Assembly: GCF_000421585.1 (NCBI RefSeq)
Contig: NZ_ATXH01000004.1
Coordinates: forward strand, 55,926 to 87,925
Source: Thermodesulfatator atlanticus DSM 21156
GTDB taxonomy: Bacteria; Desulfobacterota; Thermodesulfobacteria; Thermodesulfobacteriales; Thermodesulfatatoraceae
Length of the DNA: 32,000 bases
Reading direction: 5' to 3'
Below are positions 1 to 8,000 of this stretch, piece after piece. The notes under the pieces are model-generated. The model ran no database searches and was not told the DNA's origin. It saw only the letters and a program-made list of their open reading frames with translations. A program made the position numbers and the translations under genes. Every line of letters starts with the position of its first letter. Position 1 is the stretch's first letter.

Positions 1-119
1 GAAAAAGCACAAGCCAGGGCGGTTTCAAGGTCTTCAAGCACACAGGGACCTGCAATAAGAAGAGGGATTCCCCCACCTATTGAAAAATCTGCTATATTTA
101 CGCTGTTAACTTTTGGCAT
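1..119 (-). CDS. kdsA: KDO8P synthase / DAHP-synthase-family aldolase, N-terminal fragment (gene runs off the left edge)
   Basis: Reverse translation from the ATG at 119 gives MPKVNSVNIADFSIGGGIPLLLIAGPCVLEDLETALACAF. This matches the N-terminal iG.g.p..lIAGPCviE signature of KdsA, which is shared with type I-beta DAHP synthases. The frame stays open to position 1. Confidence 0.5.
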   Translation of the reverse strand, partial: MPKVNSVNIADFSIGGGIPLLIAGPCVLEDLETALACAF

Positions 120-158
120 CGTGTTTGTATTTTAGCTTAATTGTACCTTTACGCTACC

Positions 159-896
159 ATGAATTTTGAACTTAGAGACTACCGTACACGTATAAAAACT
201 AAAAATCTGGTCTCTTTCAGGGTGATTTTACACGAATCAGACCTTATGGTCCTTGCCGAAAGAGATCTTTCCTCAGAAACGCTGGCTCTTCTTTTTTCTC
301 TGCGCAAAGAGCTTGAAGACTACATTGCCAGAAGGCCTGAATTCCTCACTTCACTTACCCCGATTTCTCAGGACGAAAGCGCACCTTCTCTGGCAAGAAA
401 AATGATAAAGGCAGGAAAACTTGCGGGAACAGGACCCATGGCGGCGGTAGCAGGGGCCATTGCCCAGGAGATTGGAAAAACTTTACTTGACCAAGGCCTT
501 ACTTCGGAAATAGTGGTTGAAAACGGCGGAGATATCTTCCTTTCCCTAAAACGCGAAGCTACCGTGGCCATCTGGGCGGGAAAATCTCCTCTTTCAGGGA
601 AGCTGGCTTTAAGGATAAAAAAACACCTCATGCCCTGCGGGGTGTGTACCTCTTCTGGCACCGTTGGTCACAGTCTTAGCCTTGGCAAGGCGGATGCTAT
701 GTGTGTGATAGCCAAAGATACCGCTTTTGCAGATGCTGCGGCTACGGCCCTGGGGAACCTTATCCGGGAAGAAAAAGACTTTAAAAAGCTAAAGAAAGCC
801 CTGAAAAAATTACCCCAAATACTTGGGGTTGTCTGTATCTTAGGTGACAAACTTTTTGCCGCCGGAGAGGCCGTAGAATTTTCTTCCCTTAGCTAG
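159..896 (+). CDS. UPF0280 / ApbE-like protein (COG2122-type)
   Basis: Track ORF 141-896. The ATG at 159 (MNFELRDYRTRI...) is preferred over the TTG at 141. The GPMAAVAGAIAQEIG motif and overall layout are typical of UPF0280 family proteins. Confidence 0.7.
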   Translation: MNFELRDYRTRIKTKNLVSFRVILHESDLMVLAERDLSSETLALLFSLRKELEDYIARRPEFLTSLTPISQDESAPSLARKMIKAGKLAGTGPMAAVAGAIAQEIGKTLLDQGLTSEIVVENGGDIFLSLKREATVAIWAGKSPLSGKLALRIKKHLMPCGVCTSSGTVGHSLSLGKADAMCVIAKDTAFADAAATALGNLIREEKDFKKLKKALKKLPQILGVVCILGDKLFAAGEAVEFSSLS

Positions 897-903
897 TCTA
901 TTT

Positions 904-969
904 GTGAAAAATTTTTCCCAAAAAACAACCTAATTAGGAAAAATTTTTCACACCTGTCAATCAATTGAC
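904..969. promoter_or_regulatory. Two copies of the palindrome GAAAAATTTTTC inside a perfect 15-bp inverted repeat, plus a GTCAAT-ca-ATTGAC palindrome, upstream of the AAA+ regulator gene
   Basis: GTGAAAAATTTTTCC (904-918) and GGAAAAATTTTTCAC (937-951) are exact reverse complements. The core 12-mers at 906-917 and 938-949 are each self-complementary and lie 32 bp centre to centre. GTCAATCAATTGAC occupies 956-969. No T-tract follows, so this is not a classic terminator. Confidence 0.35.
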
Positions 970-996
970 TCAACTTTATTCATTATAACACCAAAA

Positions 997-2280
997 ATGC
1001 CAGAAATATGGCAAAATCTTTTGACAATTCAAACAAAAATTTTACAGACGATCGGCACATTTCTTGCAGATAACCATTATACAATGATTAATTTTGCATT
1101 ATTAGCTGGAGAAGAATTAGCAGGGCGCTATATTGGTCATATTTTGACCTTAGCAAAGTTGCACCAGGTCTCCCCAGAGAAAGCCCGTTTAATCGTATTG
1201 GTTGAACCTGCAAGACTTCCCCGAGATGAAATATCAAAGTTGGTCACTGAACTTGGTAAAAAGATAAAACGAGTTACCTTTCTGGCCATTAGCAAAAAAA
1301 GAACAACCCTTCCTATTAAAGCCCATTACTTCAAACGACCATTTACCGCAGAAAGGCTTATAAGCTTTGTTGAAGAATTATTTTCATGTCATCTCCCCTT
1401 AAGTACCGAGGAAAGGACCCAACCTTTTATTGGCGAAGACCCCAAAATAGCAAAGATTCGCGATTTTATTCCGACGCTTGCAGAAGTAACTTCACCGATA
1501 CTTCTCTGGGGAGCAAAAGGTGTTGGTAAAGAACTCCTTGCCCGTCATATCCACGGCTATCACGGCGGCAAGTTTATAAAGTTCTCTCCCCAGGCCCTGC
1601 CCGAAGAAATGATTGAACCAATTCTTTTTGGCTTTACAGGAAACGCACTTCCCAAAGTAAAGAGAAAAAAAGACGGCCTTTTTAAAAAGGCGGCTAACGG
1701 AATCCTTTACATAGAAAACCTCGATTTTTTGCCTCTTTCAGCCCAGCAAAAACTTCTCGGCTTTATTGAAGCGGGAATGTTTTATCCGCTGGGAGCTAAA
1801 GAACCGGTAAAAACATCTACCAAACTCATTGTTTCGCTTTCTAAAGCCCCTGAACAGGTCTTCAAAGAGCAAAAAATTTTGCGCGAAATATTTTTTCGTT
1901 TAATGGAATTTGCTATTTATCTACCGCCTTTAAGGGAACGGCTTATTGACCTTCCTCTTTTAGCACAGCACTTCTTAGAACACTATGCCTGGATATACCG
2001 CAAAGAGGTCCCGGAACTCTCAGAAAACTTTTTCAAACACCTGCTTCTTCATCCTTGGACAAAAAACATCGCCGAATTAGAAGAAGTCATCAAAGAGACT
2101 ATTATATGGGGAGAGGAAAAAGTCTTAGCTGAACATTTTAAGAAAAAACCCAAAATAAAATTCAAAATCAAGAATATCGAAAAAATCTTGGAAAAACTCT
2201 TTGAAAAAGAAAAGTCCGTTAAGGAACAAATTGAATCCAGCCGTAAGGATCAGGCTTCTCGCCGTACTGGATCCCGGTAA
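997..2280 (+). CDS. Sigma-54 activator (bEBP)-family AAA+ protein with degenerate catalytic motifs, a pseudo-receiver-like N-terminus and no C-terminal HTH
   Basis: The IGEDPKIAKIRDFI...ILLWGAKGVGKELLARHIH, GILYIENLDFL, FFRLMEFAIYLPPLRER..DLPLLAQHFL and W.KNIAELEEVI blocks align with the NtrC-type central domain. The GAFTGA loop reads FGFTGNA and Walker B DE reads EN. The C-terminus is a Lys/Glu-rich tail instead of a Fis-type HTH. The last ~60 nt overlap convergent ilvE. Confidence 0.7.
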   Translation: MPEIWQNLLTIQTKILQTIGTFLADNHYTMINFALLAGEELAGRYIGHILTLAKLHQVSPEKARLIVLVEPARLPRDEISKLVTELGKKIKRVTFLAISKKRTTLPIKAHYFKRPFTAERLISFVEELFSCHLPLSTEERTQPFIGEDPKIAKIRDFIPTLAEVTSPILLWGAKGVGKELLARHIHGYHGGKFIKFSPQALPEEMIEPILFGFTGNALPKVKRKKDGLFKKAANGILYIENLDFLPLSAQQKLLGFIEAGMFYPLGAKEPVKTSTKLIVSLSKAPEQVFKEQKILREIFFRLMEFAIYLPPLRERLIDLPLLAQHFLEHYAWIYRKEVPELSENFFKHLLLHPWTKNIAELEEVIKETIIWGEEKVLAEHFKKKPKIKFKIKNIEKILEKLFEKEKSVKEQIESSRKDQASRRTGSR

Positions 2281-3289
2281 GCTCGTCAAAAAGGCGTCTG
2301 GCAAGGGGGCCTGTTTTACCACCAGCAATTACGTATTCCTCGCCTTTATACGCTAACCAGCCAACCGGTGAAATAACCGCTGCCGTACCAGTACCAAAGC
2401 ATTCTTTGAGCCTTCCGGTACGGGCACCTTCAATGACTTCGTCGATGGTAATGCGCCTTTCAGTCACGTTAATTCCCCAGTCCTTTGCCATTTGAATGAC
2501 TGATTCCCGGGTAATCCCAGGAAGGATGGTTCCGGTTAAGGATGGGGTTACCAGTTCGTCTTCAAAATAAAAGAAGATATTCATGGTGCCCACTTCTTCC
2601 ACGTAGCGGCGCTCTACCGCGTCAAGCCAGAGAACCTGGGTATAGCCAAGCTTCATGGCTTCTTCTGAGGCAGCCAGACTTGCAGCGTAGTTACCACCGG
2701 TTTTGACATCCCCAACGCCACCAGGAGCTGCCCGAACGTATTTGTCAGTTACGTATATTTTTATGGGATTAAAGCCCTCGCGGTAGTAAGCTCCTACCGG
2801 GGAAAGGATAATAAAAAAGATGTACTCGCCACTTGGTTTTACACCCAAGAAGGCCTCCGTTCCCATCATTAACGGACGGATATAAAGGGCTGAACCTTTT
2901 TCTTTGGGAATCCAGGCTTTTTCAATATCAACCAGCTTTTTAAGGGCTTTCAGGACAAATTCTTCGTCTATCTCGGGCATGCACATACGGCGTGCAGAGC
3001 GATTCATGCGCGCCATGTTCCGATCTGGCCGAAAAAGCCTAATTTTTCCGTCAACGCCATAGTAAGCTTTAAGGCCTTCAAAAATGGTTTGACTATAATG
3101 GAAAACTACCGCCGCGGGATCAAGACAGATAGGCTCGTAGGGCTTAATTTGGGCGCTATGCCAGCCTTTTTCTTTTTGGTAGAGCATGTAAAACATGTGG
3201 TCAGTGAAGATGCGGCCAAAAGGAAGATCCCCTTCAAGCTCAAGCCTTTTTCTCTTTTCTTCGGGCAGTAAGTTGATCGTTATTTCCAT
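2219..3289 (-). CDS. ilvE: Branched-chain amino acid aminotransferase (class IV PLP enzyme)
   Basis: FGRIFTDHMF, FEGLKAY, ALYIRP, GGVGDVKTGGNY and the EVGTMNIFF...TILPGITR blocks are typical of the long-form BCAT. The track start at 3298 is a TTG, so the ATG at 3289 (MEITINLL) is preferred. Confidence 0.9.
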   Translation of the reverse strand: MEITINLLPEEKRKRLELEGDLPFGRIFTDHMFYMLYQKEKGWHSAQIKPYEPICLDPAAVVFHYSQTIFEGLKAYYGVDGKIRLFRPDRNMARMNRSARRMCMPEIDEEFVLKALKKLVDIEKAWIPKEKGSALYIRPLMMGTEAFLGVKPSGEYIFFIILSPVGAYYREGFNPIKIYVTDKYVRAAPGGVGDVKTGGNYAASLAASEEAMKLGYTQVLWLDAVERRYVEEVGTMNIFFYFEDELVTPSLTGTILPGITRESVIQMAKDWGINVTERRITIDEVIEGARTGRLKECFGTGTAAVISPVGWLAYKGEEYVIAGGKTGPLARRLFDELTGIQYGEKPDPYGWIQFVP

Positions 3290-3343
3290 TCTTGCCAAGT
3301 TCCTTAAGCTGGACTATCACTAAAACAAACTTCATTCTTTTTA

Positions 3344-4318
3344 ATGCAGGTATTTCCTATGTTCAAGTGGTTACGCCAAAAAGAAGAAAAAACCGCAAAA
3401 GACCAGGAAAAAAACCTCTGGGGCAAATTTCGAGAACGGCTCTCGCATACCCGAGAACGCCTGAAAGAAAGCCTTGAAGATGTCTTTGTTATTGAACGTG
3501 CGGTTGATGAAGAATTTTTCGAGGAATTAGAAGAAGCCCTTATCACCGCTGATATAAATATCGACACCATCAAGGCCCTGCTCACCCCCTTACGCATCAA
3601 AGTGTCTCAAGGGGAATTGCTTAAGTCTTCTGAGTTTAAAAAAGCCCTTAGAGCTGAGATGCTAAAGATCCTTTCTCTTGAACCCCCACCCTTTCCCCCT
3701 GAGGCACGACCCGCGGCCATTTTCGTGGTGGGAGTAAACGGAGTAGGGAAAACAACCTCCATTGCTAAGCTTGGCTTTCGGCTGAAAAACACTGGCTTTT
3801 CGGTAATGTTTGTAGCGGCAGACACCTTCCGGGCAGCAGCTATTGAGCAGCTTGAAAACTGGGGACAAAGGCTTGAAATACCTGTAATCAAACAAAAGCC
3901 CGGGGCCGATCCTGCTTCGGTTGTTTTTGAAGGCTTAAACGCTGCCAAAAGTCGCCAAATAGACGTAGCATTGATTGACACCGCGGGAAGGCTTCACACT
4001 AAATACAATCTTATGGAAGAACTCAAAAAAATGGCCCGGGTAGCAGGAAAAGCCATCCCTGGCGCCCCTCATTTAAACATGCTGGTGATAGATGCCACTA
4101 CCGGGCAAAATGCCGTAAGCCAGGTTAAATGGTTTAGCCAGGCACTTCCCGTCCATACCCTTATTATCACCAAAATGGACGGTACTGCCAAAGGGGGCAT
4201 AGCCTTAACCCTTGCCCATCTTTTCAAAATCCCCATTTCTTTTATCGGGCTCGGAGAAAAGCTCGAAGACTTGGAACCATTTGATCCAAAAGCCTTTGTG
4301 GACGCTATTTTGCCCTAA
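3344..4318 (+). CDS. ftsY: Signal recognition particle receptor FtsY
   Basis: SRP-GTPase NG domain: GVNGVGKTTSIAKLG (G1), DTAGRLH (G3), ITKMDGTAKGG (G4), IGLGEKLEDL. An alternative start lies at 3359. Confidence 0.92.
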   Translation: MQVFPMFKWLRQKEEKTAKDQEKNLWGKFRERLSHTRERLKESLEDVFVIERAVDEEFFEELEEALITADINIDTIKALLTPLRIKVSQGELLKSSEFKKALRAEMLKILSLEPPPFPPEARPAAIFVVGVNGVGKTTSIAKLGFRLKNTGFSVMFVAADTFRAAAIEQLENWGQRLEIPVIKQKPGADPASVVFEGLNAAKSRQIDVALIDTAGRLHTKYNLMEELKKMARVAGKAIPGAPHLNMLVIDATTGQNAVSQVKWFSQALPVHTLIITKMDGTAKGGIALTLAHLFKIPISFIGLGEKLEDLEPFDPKAFVDAILP

Positions 4319-4320
4319 CA

Positions 4321-4965
4321 ATGCCTGAGCTCAAAGGGATTTTACTCCTTGGCCCTACGGGAGTGGGAAAGTCTCCCCTGGGAGACCTTCTAGAAGAAAA
4401 AGGACTATATGGATACAGGTTTTTACATTTTGACTTTGGCCGAGAGCTTCGTGCCATTGCCAAAGGTGCTTTACGTGAAGACATTTTGCCTTCTGAACGC
4501 ATCTTCATTAGGAAGGTCTTAGAAGAAGGCCTTCTTTTTGAAGACGAACACTTCCCCCTTGTGGAAAAAATCTTCCTGGGTTTTTTAAAACACAAAGGCG
4601 CGCGCGATGAAATCCTGATAATGAACGGCCTGCCAAGGCATGTTGGCCAGGCCCAAAAACTCGCCTCCCGTGTTAACATTCCTTTGGTCCTGGTAATAGA
4701 AGCCTCTTTTGAGGAGATTCTTGAGCGCATCCACCGCAACACAGGAGGAGACCGCCAGGGCCGCGATGACGACTATATCGAACTTATTTACAAAAAATGG
4801 CAAACTTATAAAAACCGTACCCGACCTCTTCGTTCCTATTATCAAGCCCAAGGGGCAGAAGTTTTAAAAATTCTCGTGGGACGCTTTACAAAGCCGCATG
4901 AGACCTTATCTCTCTTAAAGGAACAACTTCCCTGCGAAAAATTTGTTGCTCTTTTTAAGGGTTAA
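4321..4965 (+). CDS. Adenylate-kinase-family nucleoside monophosphate kinase, atypical
   Basis: P-loop LLLGPTGVGKSPLG; NGLPRHVGQAQKL resembles the ADK GFPRT..QA motif; R...GRDDD......Y...T.PL..YY tail. There is no Zn-lid cysteine set. It starts 2 nt after the ftsY stop. Confidence 0.55.
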   Translation: MPELKGILLLGPTGVGKSPLGDLLEEKGLYGYRFLHFDFGRELRAIAKGALREDILPSERIFIRKVLEEGLLFEDEHFPLVEKIFLGFLKHKGARDEILIMNGLPRHVGQAQKLASRVNIPLVLVIEASFEEILERIHRNTGGDRQGRDDDYIELIYKKWQTYKNRTRPLRSYYQAQGAEVLKILVGRFTKPHETLSLLKEQLPCEKFVALFKG

Positions 4966-5033
4966 ACAAAATCCTATTTAAAAATCATACTAAATCGCTT
5001 AAATTAAAGAAAACTTCAACAGGAGGCCGGGGG

Positions 5034-8000
5034 ATGGAATATTACGTTGGGCTTGACGTAGGTTCTGGCACTGCCAAAGTAGCGGTTTTAAATGAAAAGC
5101 GGGAAATACTTTTTCACGCCTATGAAAAAACCCACGGGCAACCTGTAGAAACTGCGGAACGGCTGCTTGCCCAGGTAGAAGAAAAGTTTGGCGGAAAGCT
5201 CACTGGCCTTACCTGCACCGGTACCGCAGGGAAGACCATTTCGCAAATCCTTGGGGTTGCCTTTGTAAACGAGGTCATGGCCCATGCCCGAGCTGTTGAG
5301 CACTTTCATCCTGAAGCACGCACTATTATCGATATCGGCGGAGAAGACTCAAAGCTTGTTTTTATCTCCCACGAAGACGGGAAATTTCGCATCAAAGACT
5401 TTGCCCTTAATACCCTTTGCGCTGCGGGGACAGGGGCCTTTTTGGAACAACAGGCCGCGCGCCTTGGTTACACCATTCAGGAATTTAGCAAACTTGCCCT
5501 AAAGGCCGAAAACATCCCCCGGATCGCAGGGCGCTGCACTGTGTTTGCCAAGTCTGACATGATTCATCTCCAACAAGCCGCTGTCCCTGATCATGAAATC
5601 ATCGCAGGGCTTTGTTTTGCCATTGTGCGTAACCTAAAAAGCAACTTGGCCAAAGGGAAAAAAGTACTTCCTCCCATTGTTTTTCAAGGTGGAGTTGCCG
5701 CTAATTTTGGAGTGCGCCGCGCTATCAAAGAAGTCTTTAACCTCAAAGAGGGAGAGCTTATCATTCCAGAGTATCACTTTATCATGGGAGCCATTGGAGC
5801 TGCGCTTTACGGACTAGACGGCAAATTTGCCGCCGCATACCAGGGTTCAAATATCCTTAAGGAATACCTAAAGGAACGCAAACGCTCAGTTAAAAGGCTT
5901 CCAAAACTCGGACCTTATACCGTGAGGACCCCTAAGACCGAAACTTATTTCCCAAAAAACGCTTCCAAACTCAAAATTTACGTTGGGATTGACGTTGGTT
6001 CGGTAAGCACCAAGCTCGTAGCAATAAACGAAGAAGGAAAAGTTATTGCTAAAACCTATGCCCTGCACCACGGCAAACCTCTTGAAAGCGTTAAAAAAGG
6101 GCTCCTTGATCTTTATGGCAGACTTCCTAAAAACTTTGAAATCGAGGTCTTGGGCGTTGGCACCACGGGTTCCGGGCGCTATCTGGTAGGAGACTTTGTG
6201 GGGGCTGATGTAATTAGAAACGAAATCACCGCCCAGGCCAAGGCAGCTGCTTTTATAGATCCAGAAGTTGATACCATTATCGAAATAGGCGGTCAGGATT
6301 CAAAGTTTATTCGCCTTGAGAAAGGAACTATCGTTGACTTTACCATGAACAAAGCCTGTGCTGCAGGCACTGGCTCTTTTCTTGAAGAACAAGCGGTAAG
6401 GCTAAACGTACCCATTGAAGAATTTGGACTCTACGCTTTGAAATCTGAAGCCCCAGTGGAAATGGGAGAACGCTGCACGGTTTTTATGCAATCTGACCTT
6501 TTGCACTATCAGCAGCAGGGGCTTCCCAAAGAAGACCTCATCGCTGGGCTTTGTTATGCCATCGTGCACAACTATCTCAACAAGGTAGTTGAAGGCCGCA
6601 AAATCGGGGAAAAGATCTTTTACCAAGGGGCCACAGCCTTTAACGCAGGCATTGTGGCAGCCTTTGACAAGGTCCTTGGCAAGGAAATAATCGTCCCGCC
6701 GCATCATGAGGTAACCGGAGCCCTGGGAGCAGCGCTCCTTGCCAGGGAAGAAACCAAAGGAAAATCTTCTTTCCGTGGTTTTGACCTTTCGAAGGTCAAC
6801 TACAAAATCGAGACGTTTGAATGTCACGCCTGCCCAAACCGTTGTGAAATCAGAAAAGTTACCATAGAAGAAAGCAGGCCTTATTTTTACGGTGGACGTT
6901 GCGAAAAATACGAAGTTGACCACCGCAAACCCCCTGAAACCCTGCCTAATCTGGTCTCAGAGCGAGAAGCCAAGCTTCTTAGCTTTCTTGCTCAACGAGA
7001 TGATGCCAAGCGCGGTGAGATTGGATTACCACGCATGCTTTTCAATTTTGAAAGGCTCCCGTTTTTTGCCACTCTTCTTCAGGAACTGGGCTTTAAAGTG
7101 GTAGTATCTGACCCCACCAATAAAAAACTTATTAACGAAGGCTGTGAAATAGTAGCAGCAGAGACCTGTTTTCCGGTAAAGGTTGCCCACGGGCATGTTT
7201 TAAATCTTCTTGAAAAGGGCATAAAAAAGATCTTTGTGCCCTATATCGTTGATCTCCCTTCTGATCACCCAGCCCTTGGCTCTGGAAAAATTTGCCCTTA
7301 CGTGCAAAGTGTAGCAGCAGCTTTTGAGGCCTCTATAAACTTGAAAGAACACGGAGCTGAAATCCTGGCTCCGGTTTTCCACTTTGGCACCGGGGGTAAA
7401 GTCCTTGAGAAAGAAAAAAAAGAACTCGCGCGCCTTTTGGACGTTCCAGAAAGAAAGCTCAGAAAAGCCTGGGAGCAAGCGGAAGCTGCCCAAAAAGAAT
7501 TTGACTCCTGGCTTAAGAGCCGCGGGCGCGAAATACTTGCTAGTTTGAAACCAGACGAAGTGGCCTTGGTTATTGTTGGCCGTCCGTACAATGCCTTTGA
7601 CCCCGGCGCAAATCTTGCCATTCACAACAAGATAAGAAGCCTGGGAGTGCTTGGCATACCCGTAGATATGCTCCCTCTTCACGAAATAAAAGAACTTGAC
7701 GGCCTTGAAGATATGTACTGGCGCTACGGCCAAAGAATACTTCTTGCGGCACACTTTATTAGAAAACATCCCTCTCTTTATCCTATTTTCCTGACCAACT
7801 TTTCCTGTGGCCCGGACTCGTTCATTATCCACTTTTTTGAAGAACTTTTGGGAGGAAAACCCTTCCTTGAACTCGAAATAGACGAACATAGCGCCGATGC
7901 AGGGGTAGTTACCAGAATCGAGGCCTTTCTTGATAGTGTACGGGGAAAAAAGATTTCTCCAGAAAGACCTGTCAAGCCTCACAGGAAAAGAGTCAAGCCT

